From Escherichia coli (GTDB lineage Bacteria > Pseudomonadota > Gammaproteobacteria > Enterobacterales > Enterobacteriaceae): 64,000 nt of DNA. The stretch lies in NCBI RefSeq assembly GCF_013315695.1, contig NZ_CP054353.1; one strand, given 5' to 3'. A program made the translations under genes and the position numbers. Below, piece by piece: positions 9,685-18,396 of this stretch (the stretch's first letter is position 1; each line of letters opens with the position of its first letter). Under the pieces are notes generated by a model, which searched no databases, was not told where the DNA came from, and saw only the letters and a list, made by a program, of their open reading frames with translations.

Positions 9685-11051
9685 GCCTGAACTCCTTCTG
9701 GCGTCACCTGTTCAATATGGAAATCAAAACGCAGAGCGTCGTTGGCTTCAATCAGGTGATATATGGAAAATTCGTATACCGGCCCGCCCTGGATATCAGA
9801 AGGGGAGAACGGGAACGCCAGATTGCCTGCGGTAGCGATGCGGTTTTCATAGCCGTAGTGCAGCATGGTAGAGCGCACCAGCGAGCAAACGCTATTGGCA
9901 ATTTCCTGGGTCGGTGCAACTACATCAAGGACAATCCCCAGCTCATGCCCGGCAGTTTGCATCGGTTCATGGTCGCCCATCACCCCGTTTTTGCCGTACA
10001 GGTGGAAATTGATGCGAATGCTGTCATCGTCGAGCGACAGGTTACGCCAAACGCTGGTTTTGACTTCATCGATGATTTTATCGATCCCGGCGATCATGAT
10101 CGGGTCGCGCGTTCCTGCGATGGTCAGACAGCGGAAGCCCACCCGTCGCGCACCTTCCAGTTTCAGGGCATACGGCGTTTCTTCATGCTTAGAACCGCTG
10201 ACGTACACTTCGCCGTCATTGACCGCTTTAAATGTGCAGCCTTTCAGGTTCAACACGCCGCCAGGTCCAGGCAGGAAGTAGGGATCGGATTTCTCATACA
10301 GTGTGTGTGCAGCCGCTGACGTTTCGGTAAATTTACGCTTCGGATTAAATGTCTTCAGCGTAAAGCCGTTGTCATCAATGATGCCCATCGCACAGTCAGA
10401 GCCTGAGCCGGGCGTTGCGGCGATTGCCGCGCATTCAAGGATTTTCCCACAATGCAGCGCCAGACCTTCATCAAAGCCTTGCATGATCGGGAGCGCAGCA
10501 AAGCAGGCCGGGTCGTAAGCGCGCCCGCCCAGCACCACTTGCGCGCCTTCTTTCAGCGCCCGCTGGAAGGGTTCGATGCCCATTTGCGCGACGATATACG
10601 TACTTTCGTCAATCGCGTCGTGGGTTAACGGCGGGACAAAATCCAGCGCCGTGATTTTGCCGTTATCCAGCGCCTGGTGGACGATGGCTTTGTCAACGTC
10701 TGCCGGGATCAACGCCATCGAGAACGAGAGGTGCTCTTCCTGGGCAATCTCATGAATTATTTCTCGGCACCACTCCAGGTGTGGTGCGGCACCAGAACCG
10801 CCAGCTGTTCCGATCACCACCGGTATATTATTTTGCACGCCTGCGGTGATCATATAGCGCAGATCGCGCTTGACCCCTGCGCGATCGGTAAACGGTTTGC
10901 CTGCCCCGAGGTAGTGGGGGCCTGGATCGGAAGAGCCTGCATCAACGGCGATCAGATCGGGCGATTCTGCCATCGCTTTGCGGAAGCTCTCTTCCGGGAA
11001 TCCATACCCGAGGATTGCCGTTGGCGATAAGACTTTAAAAGAACGAGCCAT
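9681..11051 (-). CDS. DUF1446 (AtuA-like) family protein, function unknown
   Basis: 456 aa; family assignment is from memory of the N-terminal region and is unverified. Confidence 0.6.
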   Translation of the reverse strand: MARSFKVLSPTAILGYGFPEESFRKAMAESPDLIAVDAGSSDPGPHYLGAGKPFTDRAGVKRDLRYMITAGVQNNIPVVIGTAGGSGAAPHLEWCREIIHEIAQEEHLSFSMALIPADVDKAIVHQALDNGKITALDFVPPLTHDAIDESTYIVAQMGIEPFQRALKEGAQVVLGGRAYDPACFAALPIMQGFDEGLALHCGKILECAAIAATPGSGSDCAMGIIDDNGFTLKTFNPKRKFTETSAAAHTLYEKSDPYFLPGPGGVLNLKGCTFKAVNDGEVYVSGSKHEETPYALKLEGARRVGFRCLTIAGTRDPIMIAGIDKIIDEVKTSVWRNLSLDDDSIRINFHLYGKNGVMGDHEPMQTAGHELGIVLDVVAPTQEIANSVCSLVRSTMLHYGYENRIATAGNLAFPFSPSDIQGGPVYEFSIYHLIEANDALRFDFHIEQVTPEGVQA

Positions 11052-11054
11052 TTG

Positions 11055-12296
11055 TTAATCCTTAGCCTGCAACAGCGCGATAGTACGATTCATTTCGTTG
11101 AAGACGATATCGAGGCCTTCGTCAAAGCCCATCCCTGGCTTTACCAGCATACGCATAGGGCGAGCGGCAAGGGCGACGTGGACACAGGTGCGGGCACTGA
11201 CATCAGTTTCATTGCAGGTGCCGCCCTGGTACGCTTCCATGCTGTGGCTGTTGCAGTAAAGAACCGCATCGACGATGTTGTGAATACTGCCCAGATCCGG
11301 GGTTTTGATTTGCACCATGTGACAACTGGCGGCATCAGTGAAATCAACAATATCCTGGTAGGTGTTACACCATTCATCGGCCACAATTTTCACGCCGGAA
11401 CCGAGGCGCGTCAGCTCTTTGGTAATCGCGGTCAGCAGGCGAATTTGATCGGGCTTGTTACCGGCATCGACCGGCCCTTCAATGTAGAGCGGCAGGCCTT
11501 GCGCTTCTTTTTCCAGGCTGGCGATGTATTGCGCACAGCGAAGCGGATCCATATCGAAGATCAGGCCGATAGTGCCGTATACATCGATGTGCAGGGTTGG
11601 GTGGTAGCGTGCGCTGGTGCGCTTGCTCAGAATACGATCCGACAGCCAGCGGACATATTCGCGCAGTTTTTCACCTTTAAAGCCCAGTTTCTCTTCGACG
11701 TTATTAATCAGTGCATGGGGCAGCACGTCGATGCCCTTAAGGATCATCTTATCGACGGCGATATATCGATCGTCCCCGCTCTGACCAAATAATGGAATGG
11801 ATTCCGCCACGCGTGGCAACTGCCATTCATCACAGACCACTTCAGTTTTCAGACGGCCGGTTGCCAGCGCGGTAGCATCAAGCAGCGCCTGTGATAATCC
11901 GTAGCGCACGGCGGTATGCAGCAAGTTGCCGTCAATACGCAATTTGTCGAAGAAACGGGCATTCGGCAGGAAAGCATCCACATCGCGGCCTATCAGTAAT
12001 GGCTTGATATGGTCGTTGAGGAACGGAATAAAGTGCTCAGCGAGGAACAGTGGATCGCGACCACCTGCCCCGGAATACTGTACGGCAGCACAGTCACCTA
12101 CGGCGACCGCGCCGTTTTCCAGAATCAACTGTACCGATACGCACTCCCCGGCCTGACGAACGGCGTTAAACCCCTGTGTTACCGGCTCCCCGGTATAAAA
12201 AAAGCCGTCATGACCCGCTCCGTTTTTTATCGCCTGCTGGTCATCGAAATAGAATGAGGAGTAGCCAGCAGTGAACAGAGCCTGTTTTATTTTCAT
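11055..12296 (-). CDS. mal: methylaspartate ammonia-lyase (beta-methylaspartase)
   Basis: 413 aa; N-terminus MKIKQALFTAGYSSFYFDDQQAIKNGAGHDGF matches clostridial MAL. Confidence 0.9.
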   Translation of the reverse strand: MKIKQALFTAGYSSFYFDDQQAIKNGAGHDGFFYTGEPVTQGFNAVRQAGECVSVQLILENGAVAVGDCAAVQYSGAGGRDPLFLAEHFIPFLNDHIKPLLIGRDVDAFLPNARFFDKLRIDGNLLHTAVRYGLSQALLDATALATGRLKTEVVCDEWQLPRVAESIPLFGQSGDDRYIAVDKMILKGIDVLPHALINNVEEKLGFKGEKLREYVRWLSDRILSKRTSARYHPTLHIDVYGTIGLIFDMDPLRCAQYIASLEKEAQGLPLYIEGPVDAGNKPDQIRLLTAITKELTRLGSGVKIVADEWCNTYQDIVDFTDAASCHMVQIKTPDLGSIHNIVDAVLYCNSHSMEAYQGGTCNETDVSARTCVHVALAARPMRMLVKPGMGFDEGLDIVFNEMNRTIALLQAKD

Positions 12297-13741
12297 TATG
12301 GTCTTCCTATTAATTTACTGTGGGATACAGCATTGATGTCATCTACAACCATCTGGAATGTCGGTTGGCGTCCTTCAAAGCGTGCGCGTTCCGCAACGTA
12401 ATCGTGGTGGAGGTCGAGAATATCTTTTGGCAATGGAACGGCTCCGGCTTCCAGTACGCGTATCGCGCCGGTGTTGTCACGGACCGGAAGAATTTTGCCC
12501 GCGTTGCAGGCGGCTGGCGCAAACGGCACATCCAGTACGCCCGCTTCAAATGCCAGCACCGTACCGCGCGCAATATCACCATTACCCAGTTCGAACACTT
12601 TATTCAGTACCGCGTGAACCTCGCTCTTAATCAGTTCAATTTCCAGTTCAACCGCAGGGCACGGCGGGAATTTCTGCTCGTTGACCATGTTGAGCATCTG
12701 GCGGGAGGCTTTCAGCCCCTGAATGTTGGCAGCGGCAGTCGGGATGCCCCAGGCTTCGTGCGGACTTTTGGTGATGACTTTGGTGGCACCAGACATCCCC
12801 GCGACGGCTGCGCCCCAGGAGATAATAGCGAACGCTTTCGATTCGTCTTCCGGAAAGCCGCCCATCCACTGGTGAAACACGGTACTTAATTCATAGTCGG
12901 TATAGCCATAGCTCTGAAAATATTCGTGTGCAAGTTCACGCAGAGACTGGATCGCCGCAACATCCTGCGTCAGGCTGCCGACCTGTCCATAACCAACGGT
13001 GATAGATTTCACACCCTGTTCCAGCGCCAGTAATCCTTCGATTATCGCGATAGAGTGCGAGATAAACGGCGGGATCAGGGTACCCGTTAGTGGGCCAAAC
13101 GGTTCGCGGTTGATGCGGATCCCGTGTTCTTCATACATCCCCATTAAACGGTCGCAGTACTGCCAGTCGCGGATCGATTTTTCCAGCGTTACGCGCTTGG
13201 CATACGGAATGTTGTAGGAAATGCCGCCGCCTTCATAACTGGTAAAGCCGCTGGCCATCGAGATTTCAGCCAGCAGACGCGCATCTGGCGTGCCGTGGCG
13301 GATCTGTAGCGGTTTTTGCAAAGTTTCGGTGAGGCGACGGCAAGCTGCGACGCCGTGGTTAACGACCGGTAAACCGTTCAGTTTAGAGGTTCCGGCTTCG
13401 ATGGATTTTTTAATCCCTACAGCCGCTTCTTCGTACCGATTCAGACGGGTATATGCGTCGATGGTGCTCGGCAGCAGATCGCATTCTTCTTGTAGTGTTT
13501 TCAGTAGTTCGATGTGTTCGTCCATCAGCGCCACGCCTGCGCGCGGTTGGCTAAGAGTTTTACCTTCCTTGTCTGCTTTCAGCAGGGCAAGAGAGAAGCG
13601 TTTATGCTCAGGAATGGTTTGTTGGTATTTAACGCCATCTTCAAAGTTTTCAACATCCTTGCCGGTTTCCCAGGTTTTCAGTACCTGTTGCCGCTCGGTC
13701 ATGAATTCGTCATGGGTTAATTTCTTATTTCGAAGTTCCAT
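12296..13741 (-). CDS. glmE: glutamate mutase epsilon (E) subunit
   Basis: 481 aa; N-terminus MELRNKKLTHDEFMTERQQVLKTW resembles clostridial GlmE/MutE. Confidence 0.88.
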   Translation of the reverse strand: MELRNKKLTHDEFMTERQQVLKTWETGKDVENFEDGVKYQQTIPEHKRFSLALLKADKEGKTLSQPRAGVALMDEHIELLKTLQEECDLLPSTIDAYTRLNRYEEAAVGIKKSIEAGTSKLNGLPVVNHGVAACRRLTETLQKPLQIRHGTPDARLLAEISMASGFTSYEGGGISYNIPYAKRVTLEKSIRDWQYCDRLMGMYEEHGIRINREPFGPLTGTLIPPFISHSIAIIEGLLALEQGVKSITVGYGQVGSLTQDVAAIQSLRELAHEYFQSYGYTDYELSTVFHQWMGGFPEDESKAFAIISWGAAVAGMSGATKVITKSPHEAWGIPTAAANIQGLKASRQMLNMVNEQKFPPCPAVELEIELIKSEVHAVLNKVFELGNGDIARGTVLAFEAGVLDVPFAPAACNAGKILPVRDNTGAIRVLEAGAVPLPKDILDLHHDYVAERARFEGRQPTFQMVVDDINAVSHSKLIGRP

Positions 13742-13759
13742 TGATTGCAGCCTTAATTG

Positions 13760-15148
13760 TTATAGGGTTAAGCATTGAATACTGGTGCGCGCGGCGGCCA
13801 GCGGATCGACTCTGGCGACGTTTGCCAGCAGTGGTAATAGCCCCCGGGAATCGCGGTAATATTCAAATTCGGTCGGTAAGAGAATGCGTTTACCGTCGTC
13901 GTTTAACTCGCGGTATTTCAACCAGTGATGCATATCGAACTGACTGGCACGCGAGAGCCATCCGCCGGATCCGACGACTTTACGCACGGTTGTCAGGTCA
14001 CGTCCCATCTGTAAATCGACATTGCCGACGCAGGTGCAGACCTCTTTTTTGGTGCCCGCATGTCTTTCGGTGGCATAACCCACACACAGTCCGGCCAGGA
14101 CTGTATCGAAATATTTTTCTTCTGCATTCGCGGGTAAGTAGTCGGGATGAGCGACTAGATGACGGAGGTAATGATAAAAAGCGTCCAGCTGTGCGGGTTG
14201 CTGAGCAAAATTCACATTGACTAACTCTTTCGCACTTTCACCAACCACCATTGCCGAGACGCGCATTCCCAGATCGCCTTCCACCGTCCGTTTCACGAAG
14301 GGTTCCGGTACGCCGTGTAAAACGGTGTCGGGCGAGAGCGTGTTGGCACAGGCGGAATAGACATCGGTGGTTGCGCCACCCATGTCGATCAGTATGAACT
14401 CTTTCCAGCTGTGATCGACATTACTGATTGCCTTAACCAGTTCAAAGACTGTCCACGGTGTCGGCATTGGTTCTTCGCCTGTTTTATCAACAACGACATC
14501 CAGCCCTTTCCCTTTAACGATGCGTTTAAGGAATATGTCGCAGATAGCCTGGCGTGCAGCTAAAGGGTTCGGATGGTCAAGATCGGGCAGAACGTTGTCG
14601 ACGATGGTCAGGTCTTTATGCCCTAGGATCTCCTGCACCTCGTCCTGAATATCCCGGTTTCCGGCATAAATAATGGCGCAGTCGAGTTTGGATTCTGCCA
14701 GCACACGGGCGTTATTCAGGCCGTAGCTTTCTTCTCCGCCGTCGGTGCCGCCGGTGAACAAGAGAATATCGGGCTGCGTTTCTTCCAGTGCCTGGATATC
14801 ACGGCGGTTCAGCTTGTAGGAGTAATATTGCGCAATTTTAGCCCCCGCAGAGTGAGCGGTTACTTTCGCGGTTTCCAGGGTGATAGAAGGCACCAATCCC
14901 ATTGCGGCAACCGCCAGCCCACCTTTGGCAGAGGAGGAATACTTCAATGCAACCTCACCGTTGTTAAACAGGGGGAGGGTATTATCTACGTTTAACACCA
15001 GGTTCAGGCTGGAGAAAAACCCCTTCGCCAGATGATGGGTGGTGGTTGGGGTCAGTACGTGGTTAACCAACGTTAACGCGTCCCCCTCCCGGGCGAAGAG
15101 GGCTGCTTTGGTCCACGTCGATCCAATATCGACAGAGACGATTTGCAT
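13760..15148 (-). CDS. glmL: glutamate mutase L component (MutL/GlmL)
   Basis: 462 aa, the size of clostridial GlmL; sits between the S and E subunit genes. Confidence 0.8.
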   Translation of the reverse strand: MQIVSVDIGSTWTKAALFAREGDALTLVNHVLTPTTTHHLAKGFFSSLNLVLNVDNTLPLFNNGEVALKYSSSAKGGLAVAAMGLVPSITLETAKVTAHSAGAKIAQYYSYKLNRRDIQALEETQPDILLFTGGTDGGEESYGLNNARVLAESKLDCAIIYAGNRDIQDEVQEILGHKDLTIVDNVLPDLDHPNPLAARQAICDIFLKRIVKGKGLDVVVDKTGEEPMPTPWTVFELVKAISNVDHSWKEFILIDMGGATTDVYSACANTLSPDTVLHGVPEPFVKRTVEGDLGMRVSAMVVGESAKELVNVNFAQQPAQLDAFYHYLRHLVAHPDYLPANAEEKYFDTVLAGLCVGYATERHAGTKKEVCTCVGNVDLQMGRDLTTVRKVVGSGGWLSRASQFDMHHWLKYRELNDDGKRILLPTEFEYYRDSRGLLPLLANVARVDPLAAARTSIQCLTL

Positions 15149-15597
15149 CAGATTGCCTCTTCAAGAATACGAGTATCAACGTCATGACGTTGGTTGATAT
15201 CGTGTGCCATCAGCTGACAAACATCTTCTAAGTCATGACTTGGGGCAAAGACGCGATCAAATCCCATCTCTTTGAATTTGGTTTCCACGTCAGCGAAGTC
15301 ATGTTTTCCGACCACCAGGTTACCGCCCACATAGAGCAGGATGTCCCCCAGTCCACGCTCGATGCAGCGTTCGCGCATGCCCAGACAGTCGATATCGCCA
15401 TGCCCATAGATAGAGGAGACGACAATCGCGTCAGCGCCAGTTTCAATGGCCGCATCAATATATTCGTCCTGGCTGACCATTACGCCCAGATTAATGACTC
15501 TGAAGCCATGGTTGCTAAAAACGCGGTCCAGAACTTTATTGCCTACTGCATGGCAGTCCGCGCCAATAACGCCAATCACAAGTGTTGCTTTCTTCAT
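15148..15597 (-). CDS. glmS: glutamate mutase sigma (S) subunit, cobalamin-binding
   Basis: B12-binding domain; start taken at MKKATLV (15597), preceded by AAGGA, rather than the longer ORF from 15660. Confidence 0.85.
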   Translation of the reverse strand: MKKATLVIGVIGADCHAVGNKVLDRVFSNHGFRVINLGVMVSQDEYIDAAIETGADAIVVSSIYGHGDIDCLGMRERCIERGLGDILLYVGGNLVVGKHDFADVETKFKEMGFDRVFAPSHDLEDVCQLMAHDINQRHDVDTRILEEAI

Positions 15598-16143
15598 GGG
15601 TAATCCTTTGTAAGACAGAGAGTAAAATAAGTTACACACGTCGTATTTATGGCCGTTCATAACGGCACAGGTTTAATATCACAGGAGTGTCTTTATCTGA
15701 CCGTAATGTTGCAATTGATCTATTTTCAAAATGTCTTTCGGGAAATGATTGTTTAAAGTATGTTGTTAAATTCTCATGTTAATTCAGTGTGTTATGTCAA
15801 CTAATGTCATGAATGTTAAATTTTTAAAATTAACTTGATTTGGTGTATTGAGGTATTTGTGATCTACTTCTAATTTGCATTTTAGTGATATGGGTTTAGC
15901 CATGAGTAAATGCATTTCATAAAATTTAAGTCGAATTTCACTGCAATTCATCTCTGCTTAATGTAAAAATAATGTTGAAAATAACAAATGGTTAATGATT
16001 CATGCGAATTATGACCTTAGTTAGCTCTTTTGATTTTTCGTAAAAAAGAGAGGTACATGAAGGTGCTACCAGTATGAGTAACGTTAATCAAAGGTTTTAT
16101 TACGTCTGGCAATAACGCAGGCCATTTTCGCGACTGGGTGGAT

Positions 16144-16566
16144 TTAATCAGTATAATCCTCATACAATAGTTCACGATTAACTGAACCGTTAACGGGGAT
16201 TTGGTGTTGAAATTTAGAAATGGCGGAGTCAATTAATGAAGACAATATCGAAAAAATGACAGTGTCAGAATTAATTTCAATTAATCCTTCTCGTTGTTGA
16301 CCAAAAAAGATATTTATCTTGATTTCATTTGTACTACGGCAATCAATATGTAGTAATTTTTGATCGCTGAGATTTTCTGTTTCATAAATGTTTTTGGCGA
16401 TAGTCGGATGTATTGATGCCAGACATCTGCTCAGATAAGCCAGATCCTTTAGGGAACACCCCGCTGAGTAGAGGATGTCAGAGAATTTTTGTGTGTTAAC
16501 TGTTGTCTCTGAAGCGTATGTTGCATTGACAGGAAGGGTGTTGAAAGAGATTTGAGATGGGAGCAT
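16144..16566 (-). CDS. hypothetical protein, no recognisable domain (AT-rich)
   Basis: 140 aa ORF, Ser/Thr/Asn-rich N-terminus; same strand and 80 bp downstream of the 314-aa ORF. Confidence 0.55.
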   Translation of the reverse strand: MLPSQISFNTLPVNATYASETTVNTQKFSDILYSAGCSLKDLAYLSRCLASIHPTIAKNIYETENLSDQKLLHIDCRSTNEIKINIFFGQQREGLIEINSDTVIFSILSSLIDSAISKFQHQIPVNGSVNRELLYEDYTD

Positions 16567-16646
16567 TATTTAAATCTTTCCGTGAGTAATAAAAATTAAT
16601 CCCCGGGCATTGTTTAGCAATATTTGCCACAGGTAATATATAAAAA

Positions 16647-17591
16647 TTAAAGTATTTGATTGGCATCGGTTAACTGATCAATAACCAGTGCCAGATTGGT
16701 AAACATTTTGAAAAAGCGATACTGGCTCGGAATATCTCTTTCAAAGACGAAACATTCAATGTCATTGTTTGAAAAATAAAGGACTAGTGTTGCTGATTCG
16801 TCAGGAAAAATATGGAAATATATCTGGTTACCAGAAGGAGGATAGTCCAGAAGAAGGGTATCTTTGCCCGTCACATACCTGTTGTGGTCGTGGATGCTGC
16901 GCTCACACTTCATCAGAGGTGTCATGATACTCATGTATTCATCTGATGTTAATATATTAAAATCACCATCCATTTTAAAGAAACGATAAAGTAACAGTAC
17001 ATCCTCTTGCGTAACCGGTTCGTTTGTTTTTAGAGGGAAATAAGTGGGAACCAGAAGATGAGGTTCTAATCTATTTTGTTGAGCGCTATAACTAAATTTG
17101 AACATAAATTCCGGATCGCTCATCAATTGAGCGACATAATTATGCCTGGCTTCAAAAATTTTAACTTTTATCAGGTTAAATAAGTCTGTTTCGTCATCCT
17201 GTATTAAAAGACATTGGCCATAGCAGCCAGGCTTTTTTTCATTATAAGCAGAAACGGTTATTCTGTCAGGAGTGTCAACGTTATATCCAAAAGCCAGATA
17301 GTGACCGTCCTCATCGAGATTTGTTTCCAGGTTATTTAAATTTATCACATGAAGTGTTTGCAATGCTGATTCAATGAGCTGTTGACTCTCTGAGGTAAAT
17401 GTTTCGCGCTGCGTTGTATAAAGTGTATCGATTCCAACGACTATCCGATATGGGTCAAGGATGGCGGCAATCATCTTTATTACCTGCACAGCCACGGGTG
17501 ATGTCATTGATTCGTTATCTGTTTTTAGAGGATCATTAGATGGCCAACCTGAGAAGCGATTGACAGCCGAACCGATATTATCAGGACTCAT
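16647..17591 (-). CDS. hypothetical protein, no recognisable domain (AT-rich)
   Basis: 314 aa ORF, acidic and Phe/Tyr-rich; GAGG RBS about 9 nt upstream of the ATG. Confidence 0.6.
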   Translation of the reverse strand: MSPDNIGSAVNRFSGWPSNDPLKTDNESMTSPVAVQVIKMIAAILDPYRIVVGIDTLYTTQRETFTSESQQLIESALQTLHVINLNNLETNLDEDGHYLAFGYNVDTPDRITVSAYNEKKPGCYGQCLLIQDDETDLFNLIKVKIFEARHNYVAQLMSDPEFMFKFSYSAQQNRLEPHLLVPTYFPLKTNEPVTQEDVLLLYRFFKMDGDFNILTSDEYMSIMTPLMKCERSIHDHNRYVTGKDTLLLDYPPSGNQIYFHIFPDESATLVLYFSNNDIECFVFERDIPSQYRFFKMFTNLALVIDQLTDANQIL

Positions 17592-17949
17592 AGCAGCAAC
17601 CTCATTGTAATCAAGCGAGGCGCTGAGCGTACTCGGCTATAGAAAAACTAACTTGCAAAAATCGCTCATTTTTCATTTATCAGGCGAAAGTGGTCTCTGT
17701 TCACTCAGAAACAATCACTCCCGCTAAGTCATACCTGTTTCATCGATACACTTAAGTGATTATTACTAATGAAACAATAACATAACGGGCTTACGGCCGG
17801 TGCTCATAAAGGCAACAATCAATTAACTTTGATAAAAATATGTTATGTAAAATAGCAACAAATTGGCTAATCTAATCAATTGGTATTATAAAAAGTGGAT
17901 AAGGCGGTTCTGTTAAATAAAACACTGGTTTTTTATCTATACCTTTTCA

Positions 17950-18396
17950 TTGTAATAATTGTGTTGCATAAATATTTCACAATAAATTAACAATAAAATC
18001 ACCAATGATCTATGGTTTATACATAATTAACATATTTGGTTGGTTTTGATATAAATCAATTTTTAATTCTTGAAAAAAATCTGCAAAACACGATAAATTG
18101 TCGTAGATCAAATTGGTGAGATCGTGACAATTTCGCTATAAATTGATCACTGTCGAAAAATGCAAATTTGCTCAATAAAAACCTGTTTATTGTAAGGATT
18201 TTGCGGCGTAATATAATTACGGGATCAATTTGGTTTATTCATTAACATATTTGTAACTTTTTTATCATTGTCTTTTCCTCTTTTGATGAAATGGCAACGA
18301 TAGAGGCGAGCAAATAATTTTGTATTGGGGCATGCGTGTGACCCTTTCTAACGGGGTTCACTCTCGGAGTCTTCATGCGATGAGCAAGGAGTCATG
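17950..18396 (+). promoter_or_regulatory. cydAB promoter/regulatory region
   Basis: Long AT-rich leader upstream of cydA with a repeated ggtttat-N-attaacatatttg motif (18014-18047 and 18229-18258) and TTGAT-like half sites; exact sites not resolved. Confidence 0.45.

Noticed and set aside
9663-10319. 218-aa plus-strand ORF inside the DUF1446 gene
   Set aside because: Lies entirely within the better-supported minus-strand gene, which is translationally coupled to its neighbours.
15598-15660. N-terminal extension of glmS ([21 protein letters not shown])
   Set aside because: The internal ATG at 15597 has an AAGGA RBS and gives the expected subunit size; the extension lies in AT-rich promoter DNA.
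16017-16232. 71-aa ORF overlapping the 3' end of the 140-aa unknown gene
   Set aside because: Out-of-frame overlap with the longer ORF and no independent support.
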